Of a DNA stretch of 64,000 nucleotides, positions 10,413 through 20,204 are shown piece after piece; positions within the stretch are counted from its first letter, which is position 1; every line of letters begins with the position of its first letter. The DNA is from Epithemia pelagica. Lineage: Eukaryota; Protista; Bacillariophyta. Made by a program: the position numbers and the translations under genes. The notes under the pieces are model-generated. The model was not told the DNA's origin. It ran no database searches and saw nothing but the letters and a program-made list of their open reading frames with translations. The DNA lies in the NCBI GenBank assembly GCA_946965045.2, contig OX337231.1, forward strand, positions 2,790,001 to 2,854,000, written 5' to 3'.

Positions 10413-11441
10413 CTATCGTCGAAAGGCAGGAACCACGTGAGTGGGAACAATTCCGCCCTCTTCCAAAAAGAGGTTTTGTAACAGTTGCTCTTCTGGCAAA
10501 GCGCCAAAGTTTACACCGCCAAGCTGGGGTGCATGAATTCCTGATGAAACAAATATGCTCGGAATAAGAGCTGAGTTTGCTCCCATAATATCGTGATGAA
10601 GCGAATCTCCTACATGAGCAACACGAGCAGCCGGTAAGCACAGTACATTAAGACAAGCCTCAAAATGTTCAGCTTGAGGTTTTCCAAAGAGTCGGATGTT
10701 GGTCGCTCCGAGTTCAACATAGCGCTGAGCGATCTTTCCCGGCATATAATTGGTTCCGCCGGTTGGTGTTTGAACAATGACATCAGGGTTGGCGCAAACA
10801 AGAGGTAGATTTCGTTCAAGGCATGGCTGAAGCAAAGGATCAATAACTTCGTGGGTCTCTCCATCTTGTAAAAATGAACCCAGGCTAGGCGATTCAAGAT
10901 CTCTCCCTCTAAACCAAACTTCTGATCCATGAAGGAGCAAGAAATCAGCTTCGTCCACCGTTGAAGCCACTTGAAGTCCTCCGCAATGATCAAGGAATGC
11001 TTGTGGTGTGGCAGTCAATCGTGGATTGGATGCGTCGCTTGCATCCCATGTGAACATTAGAGCCTTGGAGTTCGGGCCGTACTCTTGACGTATATACTTG
11101 GAGGCCTCCTCTCCCGATGTTACCGCCCCCACGAAAAGATTCTGATCAAATCCAAGTTTCGGGAGTTTCAGCATGGCTTTGTCACTTGGTGCTGAGGTAT
11201 TGCTCAGAATAATCAGCTTCTTGTTCTTTCGCGCAAGGTGTTTAACCAGTTCGACTGCTCCATCCAGGGCATTTGCACCATTGTGAAGAACACCAAATTG
11301 GTCAAGAATGAAGCCGTCATACATGTCAACAAGCTGATCGGAAAAACACTGGTGGGTTGAATAGACCAGGCGATTTGAAGAAACATCTCCGAAAAGTGCC
11401 ATTAGTGACGTAGCTGAGCGAGATGGATTGGTTATTCTCAT
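10413..11441 (-). CDS. HAD-superfamily hydrolase, subfamily IIA
   Basis: Motif I FILDQFGVLHNG, ILSNTS, CANPD, GKP and motif IV HVGDSLHHDIMGA. Confidence 0.9.
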   Translation of the reverse strand: MRITNPSRSATSLMALFGDVSSNRLVYSTHQCFSDQLVDMYDGFILDQFGVLHNGANALDGAVELVKHLARKNKKLIILSNTSAPSDKAMLKLPKLGFDQNLFVGAVTSGEEASKYIRQEYGPNSKALMFTWDASDASNPRLTATPQAFLDHCGGLQVASTVDEADFLLLHGSEVWFRGRDLESPSLGSFLQDGETHEVIDPLLQPCLERNLPLVCANPDVIVQTPTGGTNYMPGKIAQRYVELGATNIRLFGKPQAEHFEACLNVLCLPAARVAHVGDSLHHDIMGANSALIPSIFVSSGIHAPQLGGVNFGALPEEQLLQNLFLEEGGIVPTHVVPAFRR

Positions 11442-11634
11442 CTTTTGTATCTGTAATCATAGAGTATAAGGTGTATTAAAGAGAGATTTGTTTGTAGGAG
11501 TAAGTGCCGACGGCGACGGCCCAAGGCGCACTACAATATTAGACGCGTCCTTTCCCCGTCACAGGGGACGCTTTTGTGTCGCGTTAAATGGGGGGGGGGG
11601 CGAAAACTCGGCTTCACATTCGCAATAATTCACA

Positions 11635-12304
11635 ATGGTCTTGACTGCTGTTGAACAACAATCGATGGACTTCCAAGATCAGGAGATTGATGCTAGCATA
11701 GACTTTTGCTACTGGCTTGCACTCCTACCATGCCATTTTGGGGCCTGTCCGTACAAGACGGTTCTAAGGAAGAAGTAACGAAAACCGATGTGTAAGTGCG
11801 AGCGTTATTGCGTTCTCGAATTTCTTAACGAAGTGGTCTTCACGTGCCTCATATGTCTCTTCTCTTGCTTGTTGTGACATGCTTGTTCAGGTCAATTTGT
11901 GGTACACATGTGGAAAAGCGGCCCTATGGTGAATTGGGAAGTGTAACTGCTTTTGTTGCGTTTCGGCGAATTCTGGTATTGGGGAAATTCAACCTGGATG
12001 TGGCTGTGACGAAGAACGTGTTGACGAAATTGTTACAGAATTAAAGAAGCGAATGCGTGCACGAGGTGACACTGCACAGATTCTTCGCTCAGAGGAGACT
12101 CTGCAGCGTCTTGACAAACTTGATGCCAAACTTGTAAGTATCGATGCTTCCTATGATCGAGAATTCCTTTGCGCATGAGATTATGTTGACGAAAGGCGAA
12201 CTCACACCGATTGCTGATATTGCCATATTCTGTTTCAGGATCTTATCATGCAGCACTTAAGAATCCCACCTGATTCTATGAAGATTGATCCTGAAACCCG
12301 CTAG
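11635..12304 (+). pseudogene. Small 3-exon Cys-rich hypothetical protein with two frameshifts
   Basis: GT-AG introns at 11792-11890 and 12134-12238 join EEVTKTD|VSICGTHVEKRPYGELGSV and NCFCC...PGCGCDEERVDEIVTELKKRMRARGDT...KL|DLIMQHL*. Frame breaks are needed near 11765 and 11944. Confidence 0.55.
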
Positions 12305-12706
12305 CTCTGAGCTGAACGGGGAAGGGAAAGATATGATGCCATTCACCATTGTTTGATCGAGTGTATTTTTTTAAATGGTTTTCGTTTTGTATTTGTGAAT
12401 GAGTCATGCCTTGTGGGACCAGTATTTTCCTTTGATTGTTTCCGATAGTGGTAGATGTTTTACATACTAGAAGTAAGAACGACACATCGTTGAGAGTCTA
12501 TGAGATTGATAAACATGAATGGATCACATGAGGTACGTGCATCTCCGATCTCCGATGAATCGTACTCCTATTATGGGACTGCTCAACTAGCTAGAGGAGC
12601 AGCTACTCCTACCTACTGTACACGTTTAGTACCAAATGACAAAATGCGTCATTTTCAAAAAATGACATGGAAAATTTAGGTTCTAAAATTTTTTTCCAAA
12701 AAACGC

Positions 12707-13115
12707 TTGTTTGGGGGCAATCAAAATTTGCCCCGTCACAGCGACGATGGCAGTGACGAAGAAGAGGCCACAAATCCTCGTCCCTCGAAGCAAGAGACGA
12801 CGCAGTGGTGGAAAGCTCACCCAGTGACCGCCCTGAAACACGTCTTGTCGCTGGCACTGACGCTCTTTAGCGTTGTCGTGGTGTCGGCTGCTATTTTTAC
12901 CAAACAAACGACGGCAACCAGAGAGAAAAACGTCCATCCCATTTTGGCCTATATTGTTTTCTGGGGTTTGATTCTTTGGCTGGCCATGATGGAAGGTGGA
13001 TTGAACTGCATGGTGGGTCTAAAGCCCATTAACAAGTCGGTGTACCGCAAGACTCATCCCCGCACACACAAGATCACTTCCCTGGCTCACAAAGGAGATA
13101 ATCTAGAGCGATTCA
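12707..13115 (+). pseudogene. SIT: Silicon transporter (SIT family) N-terminal fragment, inside TIR element
   Basis: HPILAYIVFWGLILWLAMMEGG...VGLKPINKSVYRKTHPRTHKITSLAHKGDNLERFI matches SIT TM1-2 and the following loop. It breaks off just before the GRQ motif, and no in-frame ATG is evident. Confidence 0.8.
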
Positions 13116-14102
13116 TCTTGTCCCCTTGCTTGGAAAAGGCGACGAGGTTGCTGTTCTGGTAAACAATCTTGGTGGAACTTCTAATTTCGAAATGTCCATA
13201 CTCGCACGATCATGTATCAAGTTGTTGGAAAGTAGTGAGTTTGGAGTTCAAGCCAAACGCGTGTATGTCGGATCATTCATGACTTCATTCGATATGCATG
13301 GAGCGTCATTGACCATTCTTAACGTGACGGACCAAGCGGACATCATAATGTATCTCGATGCGTCAACAACCGCTCCCGCATGGGCATCATGCGACATCTG
13401 GTCCGATGGATCTGCTCGACCGTCTGCTACGGAACTACCTGAAATCATTGTGGACGAGAAAGTGGCAGAACTGAATTACCCACATCTTCAGATTAATGGC
13501 TTTTCGCAGATTGCCCAAAAGATGCTAGTGTCAGCGACTGGTAAGCTTGCGGATGCCGAGCCTATCTTAACAAAATACGATACAGTAGTTGGCGATTGCG
13601 ACTGCGGAATAACGATGAAACGGGGAGCACAGGAGATTTCGGGCCGTATTGAAAAGGGCACAATCCCAACTGATCATCCCGTAACGATGCTGAGCGCATT
13701 AGCCGATGCGGTTTCGGCTTCCATGGGAGGAACATCCGGTGTACTTTTGGAACTCATGTTTCGGAAAATGTCCTCCTTTTTGAGTTTTTGTCCCTCCATT
13801 GGAGTGGTAGAAATGGGCAAGGCGGTCCAAGCTGGTGTTGATGCGGTAAGTCTCTATGGAGGCGCTCACGTTGGTTCACGTACCATGCTTGATGCATTAG
13901 TTCCTGCCGCGATGGCCTTGATGACTAGTGGCTTGGCGGCAGCTTCTACCAAAGCGAGGGAGGAGCAGACAGCACGGCCAAGATGGCGACCGCTTCTGCA
14001 GGACGCTCAAATTATCTCTCTGAAGATGTATTGTCAGGGACTCCAGACCCTGGTGCTGTGGCTGTTGCAATTGTCCTGGAAGCAATGGTTGCTGCTTTGT
14101 AA
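13116..14102 (+). pseudogene. DAK: Dihydroxyacetone kinase/triokinase (Dak1 C-terminus + Dak2 domain) 3' fragment, inside TIR element
   Basis: Motifs VAVLVNNLGGTS, GSFMTSFDMHG, VGDCDCGITM, MGGTSGVL and RTMLDAL. After a 1-nt frameshift at ~13962 the frame continues GADSTAKMATASAGRSNYL...PDPGA to TAA at 14100-14102. The N-terminal half is missing. Confidence 0.88.
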
Positions 14103-14430
14103 TCTGGTTCGAAACTGGATAATGGACATCAAGAGAACGTTCCAGGACAAAGAATAACCCACGGTTAAGTAACTATGTTTCTGATATACACATTTATCCA
14201 ATTCTGTTGTGCTGGAAACATGATGTCGGTGAATCTTCTGGCATACAAGATGCGATTTGTTTCCATATTAAGAGACCCTGATTTGCTTGGAGCATAAGGC
14301 ATCATCCTCCCCACCACATCAGGCCACAAAGTTCTTTGTCGCCATTACCTAGACCAGAACCTCTAGCTACACTTCGATTTTGGTCGATAAAGCGCATTCG
14401 ATACTGCCAATTCTCTTTGTTCTTCTTTCT

Positions 14431-14508
14431 GTTGTTTCTGTTTTGAGCTTTGAGATGGACCTGTTTGGTTGTTGTTTCTGTTTCGAGCTTTGAGATGGAC
14501 CTGTTTGG
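14431..14508. repeat. 40-bp tandem duplication (2 copies)
   Basis: GTTGTTTCTGTTTYGAGCTTTGAGATGGACCTGTTTGG at 14431 and 14471, one mismatch. Confidence 0.9.
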
Positions 14509-15135
14509 CTTTGGCACCCTCTTGAATGGCACTGTTGGTTTCCTGCTGAGTCATGCTGGATATTCTGGTCAAAGACATGTTGTCGTTGTTGTTATTGTCA
14601 TTGCTTCTGTTTGGACGCTGCTTCTTATCAGGACGGTGTTTGGCCTTGGTAGACAAGTGGTGGGCATGGATACTACATTATGGTGGTGACCGGATCCGTT
14701 CCACGAAATGGAACGATGCGGCTGCCGACTGCCGCGGTGAAACATGCTTGCCATACCAACAAGAGCTGTTCAAGAAGGTCCGAGTAAGTACACTGTGATT
14801 CACAACAAGCCCAGGGTTACGATTCAACAAAAGTAAGTACGGAAATGGTGAGTGGTATGGCAGAAGATGTCGATGACACAAAATGACACGAATCTCACCA
14901 AAAGTTGCCTTCTGCTCTGGCTCTTTTTTGGATGCCACAACCACAACCAACTCAAACATGGAGCTACAGACTTTCTAAGTACACTATTGTTGGGAGTTTA
15001 GAGGCCTTACCTGACCCATGGTGCTCACGAATCGGTCGAGAACGGCCGACAACAACGATTGAATTTTTAGAAACCTTAATGTGTAGGAAAAAAATGTCAT
15101 TTTTTAGGGTTTTGTCATTTGGTACTAAACGTGTA

Positions 15136-15252
15136 CTCCCACTACTCTCTTCTACTCCTACTACTCCTACCTCGAAGTCTAAGAAGTAGTAGGAGTAGGA
15201 GTTGTAAAAGGGAGTACTCCTAGCTCTCTAGCTAGAGGTACTCCTACTCGTA
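15136..15252. repeat. CTAC/GTAG-rich palindromic intergenic tract
   Basis: 13-bp inverted repeat CTACTCCTACTAC (15152-15164) / GTAGTAGGAGTAG (15186-15198) and palindrome GGAGTACTCC (15211-15220). Related motifs occur at 12562-12617 and 33506-33533. Confidence 0.7.
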
Positions 15253-15522
15253 CGCTCTCATATTATAGAGTCCAGTAGCAGGTAGAGTATACAGCAGAGT
15301 TCGGGATTATACTCCTACAGTGTTTGGGTGCACAATGAACACGCGCGGTCACGTGTTTGCCGTGCAATATGCGCGAACTCCATCCAGCAATTATTTGGGT
15401 GTACCACCTCGAAAGACGGAGACGACATAAGTCGTTGGATTTGGAGGATAAGACAAAGTCGATCAGGATCTGAAGATACTTTGATCTGATTTCGACCATC
15501 ATTCTTTAGAAGAAGGAAACGA

Positions 15523-16323
15523 ATGAATCAAGAAGTGCTGCCCTCTCTTGAGTTTACCTCCGCAGAGTTGTCAAGCGATGAGTTGGAACGGAGCTCTCCA
15601 CAGACACGACCGATTATCAGCCCGGATTCCTCGTTTTCCTCCGGAATAAATTGGGCACAGGTATACAGCAGCGATGAAGAGTCGCAGAAGGCAGGACAAC
15701 GGCGTCTCTTTGAGCGCTCAACGTCAGATGTATCGTTAGCGGACGTATCGATGATATCATCAGAAGGAACTGCGTGGAATTCTCAACTCCGAGAGCCTCA
15801 TCGAAGACCTCGTGGTATCAATCATCGACGCAGCATCGCGGACACTGATGAAAGTTCTCAGACCGAGGAGAGAACCAGATCTCCCAGGTCAAGTGTTCCA
15901 GTGGTTTCACTTATGCTTCCTTCTCTTGCACGATGTACACCTTTGAAATGGCTAGTTGGTCTTTTCCTTGTTTCCTGTTACACAACTTTCTGGCTTCCGT
16001 ATCCAGAGATCAGACCTGCTGTGACACAAGTTCCCACAGCATCGGAGTACGGATCGCAGCTTTCTGAAATTCACAGAATCGACAGTAACAACACTATCCG
16101 AGCCGTTGGTTCCTCTGGTGCCATGCTTCATGCACGCTCCACACCGGAGGTGGAGCTCGAGTTTCGTCCGGGCTTAGACCGATACTTTGAACAAGAAGGC
16201 TTCTCAAACCACGCGTGGACGATGTATGCTAATGTGGGGGCGCTTGGTACGGTGATTGCGTGGGCTGTAAGGGAACAGCACCGCCGCCGTGAAGATGGAG
16301 TTGCTGCGGAACATCGCTGTTAG
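15523..16323 (+). CDS. Hypothetical protein, Ser-rich N-terminus with 1-2 hydrophobic segments
   Basis: 266-aa ATG-initiated ORF; hydrophobic segment LKWLVGLFLVSCYTTFWL. Confidence 0.6.
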   Translation: MNQEVLPSLEFTSAELSSDELERSSPQTRPIISPDSSFSSGINWAQVYSSDEESQKAGQRRLFERSTSDVSLADVSMISSEGTAWNSQLREPHRRPRGINHRRSIADTDESSQTEERTRSPRSSVPVVSLMLPSLARCTPLKWLVGLFLVSCYTTFWLPYPEIRPAVTQVPTASEYGSQLSEIHRIDSNNTIRAVGSSGAMLHARSTPEVELEFRPGLDRYFEQEGFSNHAWTMYANVGALGTVIAWAVREQHRRREDGVAAEHRC

Positions 16324-16508
16324 CCTTCATTTTTGTTTTTATGTTTATTTGTTGGATTTGTTTACCGGTATTTCCGTTTGATGTTTATGTGGAACGATTG
16401 TGTAGAGGAGAAACCGTTCGCTCCAGCATGGGGAACTGGTACCTTAATCCTTTTGGGATGCAAGAAACCCTGTGTCTCTGTGGCTTGGATTTTAGTTTGA
16501 TTTATATA

Positions 16509-16634
16509 AACTACTTTTGAATTCTTGTTTTCGCACACCATCGTAATCCCATAGTTCATTACTCTCTCTGTAACTTCTTTTGAATTCTTGTTTTCGCACA
16601 CCATCGTAATCCCATGGTTCATTACTCTCTCTGT
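16509..16634. repeat. 63-bp tandem duplication (2 copies)
   Basis: Units start at 16509 and 16572 with 2 mismatches, between convergent 3' ends. Confidence 0.92.
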
Positions 16635-16956
16635 AGGGAAAGGTGGAGTGAGTTGAAGACTGGACAGGTAGGCCGCTTCATTCCACCTCGTTCGTCCCTT
16701 TGCGATGAAGCTCGGCTGTTGTTAGAATGTGCAATTTTGCCCTATGTAGTTTGCATCTTCCAGACACGTAACGTTGGACGAACAACATGCCCAGAAATTG
16801 ACGGACAAAAAATATATAAACCCGATCACATCAACCAACACACACAACGGTGCCGAAATGAAGAGCGTCTATTGTCAAAGAAGCAGAACCGCGTTGCTGT
16901 CGTGGAAGGCTCCAAACTACAAAGACTTCCACGTTCATTCCAGTCTATATTAATAC

Positions 16957-17364
16957 CTAAGCATCATCTTCCGCTCTCAATTTGGCCGCCGCGTTGGTGA
17001 CCCGAATGGCTAGTTGTTCAGCCCGTTCAACAATCTGTCTTCGTACGCGAGTTGACACAGCTTTCCCAACAGTTGCGGCATATGTTCTGTTGTGCATCAT
17101 GAGCATTTCCAAGTCGGCAACATTTTGAACAACCACAGTTTTGAAGCCGTGGGGATGAACATTGCGTGTTTCCTTGTTCGATCCATATCCAATGGAGGGC
17201 ATTGGTAGTGCACCCTTGAATCGACGACGGACGCGTCCATCAATACCTTTAGGTTTGCGCCATGATGGCTTTACACGCTTGAAAAGATCTGATTGATGGC
17301 GCGCAAACTTCTTTGTGCGCTTCTTCACAATTGTCTTCTTTACAAGTGGAGTGGGACCCGCCAT
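16957..17364 (-). CDS. RPL32: 60S ribosomal protein L32
   Basis: [13 protein letters not shown]...[17 protein letters not shown]...MPSIGYGS signature. Confidence 0.97.
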   Translation of the reverse strand: MAGPTPLVKKTIVKKRTKKFARHQSDLFKRVKPSWRKPKGIDGRVRRRFKGALPMPSIGYGSNKETRNVHPHGFKTVVVQNVADLEMLMMHNRTYAATVGKAVSTRVRRQIVERAEQLAIRVTNAAAKLRAEDDA

Positions 17365-17876
17365 CGTTGTTGTTCCTGACAGACACGTGAAAAAACATTG
17401 TGAGTCTGCGGAGGCACCATTCTAAGAATAAAGACAGCGTAGTATATCAAGCTTATGCAACATCAACCAGATCCGACGTACCGAAACTTTTGCACTAAAG
17501 CAATCTACAATCCGCCAACCTCGCAACAAAGGTCGGGATGTTGATGTTGTCCCTTGTTCCCTCTGGGGAACTCTTGCTTTTAGTGAACTGGTAAGCGATA
17601 AACCACAGAACTATTTAAAAATGATTTGAAACTTTAAACATTTAAAGCATTTCCATGGCGCATCAATAACTGTAAACCCACATATCCTCCATTTAAGTAG
17701 CCAGGGAAGATACTGCAATCTGCAATGTGAAAAATCGTTTCAAAGAAGAAGGAAACCATCGAGTGAAGTACAAAGAGGACGATAAAAGCAACTACAGCCG
17801 TAAGCCGGTCCCTCGGAACAACTACTAACCGCGAAGAAAAGGGTATGCTGCCGAAGGGGCAGGACGCGGACCCGCC

Positions 17877-20099
17877 ATGGGCAATATCGGCTGCGAACAC
17901 GTTCCCCATGGTCGAACCACGACCCAACCGCCAACCAAAAACCAATCCGCCCCCGCCCATCGGTTGGAAACACATACAACGCACGGCGGCCACAACATGG
18001 ACCATGGAATCACTCCATGGTATCAGAAAAAGCAAACAAAACCAACACCGCCAGCTCAAGCCCCGTTTCTCCCGTCCCCATGGCAGCCATGGCACAACCC
18101 AGAAAACAGCGATAGCCAAAACACAGCACTCAACGGACAAACAAGCCCGATGCAACTGCTACGGAGTAGCAACACCAATCCCCCAACAAACCACCAAACG
18201 GCCGCACAGGAGGAGCAAATGACCATGCCGGAGACAACGATGACTGTGCCAGACCACCAACCCAAGGCAACAACAGATGAAAGACACCACACAACCCACG
18301 ACGGCCCAAGCCACGTCGACAACACAACAGACCACCAGTCACTCCCCCGCCAACGCTTTCAATCCAACGTAACGACAACACAAGCGTTGACGACCCAACC
18401 GACCGCCACTCCGGCAGACACAAGTGCAACCACCAAGCACCAGACCTCCCGCCCTCCAGCCCAAGGAGTCACCCGACAACTGGAACAAGCCTTGCACAGA
18501 GTCACAACAGCAATGAAAATGACCCTGCCAAAAGACCAATCCACCAGGCATGCCCACAAAACCTGTGAAAACGCCGTTTTTCACCCGAAGCTCAGAGCAG
18601 AAGCACCAACAAACCACACCGACGAACAACCACCGAAGACGCAAGTCCATTCCAAACCCTCCACCGGTCGCCGCCCGATTCGTTCCAAGGACGACGTGAC
18701 GGCACTCGGCCCAATCCCCCTTGTTGCAGCACCGATGCACAAGAACCACACCACCGCCATCACCCCGGACCGCCGCAACAACAACAACAAAAACAACATA
18801 GAAAACAAAGAAAACAAAAAAACAAACAAAACCAACGCCAAAGCAAAGACCACCACCACCCACAACACAGAAGAAAACAACAAAAACAACAAAGAGATCA
18901 ACCAGAACGAAACCATGGACGAAGAAGCAAGCAACCACCAGGGATGGGAGCACAACAACGTCAACAACCATACCAACACCCAGCCCACCACCAACAAAAC
19001 CAACCAGAAGGAAGGAGAAACCGAGCCCAACAACGAACAGACAACGAACAACAACGACCATGCAACCCAAACGACAAACCCGTACATGAAGAAACCCAGG
19101 AGCGAAACGAAACGCCCGGCGTCGCCCGAACCAAAAACGCTGATTCATTTACACGTGGCGATTAACCATCACCCCAACCCACAAGTTGAGTCAACTCTCC
19201 CACGGCTCACAGAACAAGCCTTGAAGACGCATTTCAATGAAGTCTCTTTCCATCACAGCAAACGAGAAGAGCCCATGTGGCTCCAAGTCCATTCGGTCGA
19301 TTTCCTGGAGACCAAGCAGTCGGGAACACGATCCTTTCGCAACAACAACCAAAACGGGTCCAACAAGGGAGGAGGGCACACCTCCACGTTCCATGTAACC
19401 CTTTCACCAGCACCTGCCAACGACGTTTTTGATTCAGGGATCTTCATCGAACAAGGACTCCGATTCGTGCTCCAAATGTGGCACAAACACCACAACGACG
19501 ACTTTGTGTACGATGAATTCGATTCTCAGACGGTCCTTCCGCCCGGAACGAAACAATCGAACCCGACAATCAATCCTCGCTTCGACCAGATCAATGTGTA
19601 CCACCCAGCCTGTAACAACAGGAAGAGCGACACGTTCGGAATCATCGTCGGTGTACCCGCCCAGACAATCAAACATTGCCGGGCGGCACTGGATCTCACG
19701 TCCGACATCCAGAACACCCTCACCCCTCATCTCCCTAGGAAGTTACACTACGTGGACTTCTTCAACCACATCGGCTGCCGTTCGGGAACATTTAGCGGCG
19801 AGCTCAAGAACAAACAAAAAGGACAGGTTCCTGCCATCTACGTCACGGCATCAACGAGAAACAACTTCGAAGCATTGCTTCGAAGCTACAACGCCTACAT
19901 GGCCGCAAATCGAAACTCCGAAATGAAATGGAACAAAAACAACATTCAGCTGATTCCCATGCCGACCAGTCAAGCCAATCGGACAGCAACACTTGAAGCA
20001 ATCAAGGACATCGACCAATTTTTTGGTGCGTGCGTACGCATCAAGCTTAAACCAATCAACCCGGAAGCGACCGATGGAGATTGGAAACGACTTCGATAG
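17877..20099 (+). CDS. ORF1-like protein of the CRE-like element
   Basis: 740-aa ORF with an N/T/K low-complexity N-terminal half and a globular C-terminal half. The frame continues for ~37 codons past the TAG at 20097-20099. Confidence 0.6.
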   Translation: MGNIGCEHVPHGRTTTQPPTKNQSAPAHRLETHTTHGGHNMDHGITPWYQKKQTKPTPPAQAPFLPSPWQPWHNPENSDSQNTALNGQTSPMQLLRSSNTNPPTNHQTAAQEEQMTMPETTMTVPDHQPKATTDERHHTTHDGPSHVDNTTDHQSLPRQRFQSNVTTTQALTTQPTATPADTSATTKHQTSRPPAQGVTRQLEQALHRVTTAMKMTLPKDQSTRHAHKTCENAVFHPKLRAEAPTNHTDEQPPKTQVHSKPSTGRRPIRSKDDVTALGPIPLVAAPMHKNHTTAITPDRRNNNNKNNIENKENKKTNKTNAKAKTTTTHNTEENNKNNKEINQNETMDEEASNHQGWEHNNVNNHTNTQPTTNKTNQKEGETEPNNEQTTNNNDHATQTTNPYMKKPRSETKRPASPEPKTLIHLHVAINHHPNPQVESTLPRLTEQALKTHFNEVSFHHSKREEPMWLQVHSVDFLETKQSGTRSFRNNNQNGSNKGGGHTSTFHVTLSPAPANDVFDSGIFIEQGLRFVLQMWHKHHNDDFVYDEFDSQTVLPPGTKQSNPTINPRFDQINVYHPACNNRKSDTFGIIVGVPAQTIKHCRAALDLTSDIQNTLTPHLPRKLHYVDFFNHIGCRSGTFSGELKNKQKGQVPAIYVTASTRNNFEALLRSYNAYMAANRNSEMKWNKNNIQLIPMPTSQANRTATLEAIKDIDQFFGACVRIKLKPINPEATDGDWKRLR

Positions 20100-20204
20100 C
20101 TACGAGAATTCGTCGCCGTATTCCCGGAATACAACAACGAGGACCCAGATGCGCAATACTACACCCTCTACCTGCGCAAGACCCCTGACACACACATGCT
20201 CACG

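Larger units (their letters stand above)
12621..15133. mobile_element. Non-autonomous TIR element (2513 bp) with TA duplication, carrying captured host-gene fragments (Pack-type, IS630-Tc1-mariner-like ends)
   Basis: CACGTTTAGTACCAAATGACAAAA (12621-12644) is the exact reverse complement of 15110-15133. TA lies on both sides (12619-20, 15134-35). Degenerate subterminal similarity continues inward (AAAAAATGACAT; AGGTT(T)CTAAAA). No transposase is present inside. Confidence 0.85.

Noticed and set aside
11541-11600. GC hairpin, G11 run and CCCCGTCACAG (also at 12731) as an element end
   Set aside because: No matching partner end or TSD; consistent with ordinary promoter sequence.
14431-16634. 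40-bp and 63-bp repeats as CRISPR-like arrays
   Set aside because: Each has only two directly adjacent copies with no unique spacers, there are no cas genes, and the context is eukaryotic.
17560-17700. TSD for the CRE-like element
   Set aside because: No convincing copy of the sequence after the A7 tail (GCTTGCTAAACATG) was found near the 5' end, so the boundary is left approximate.
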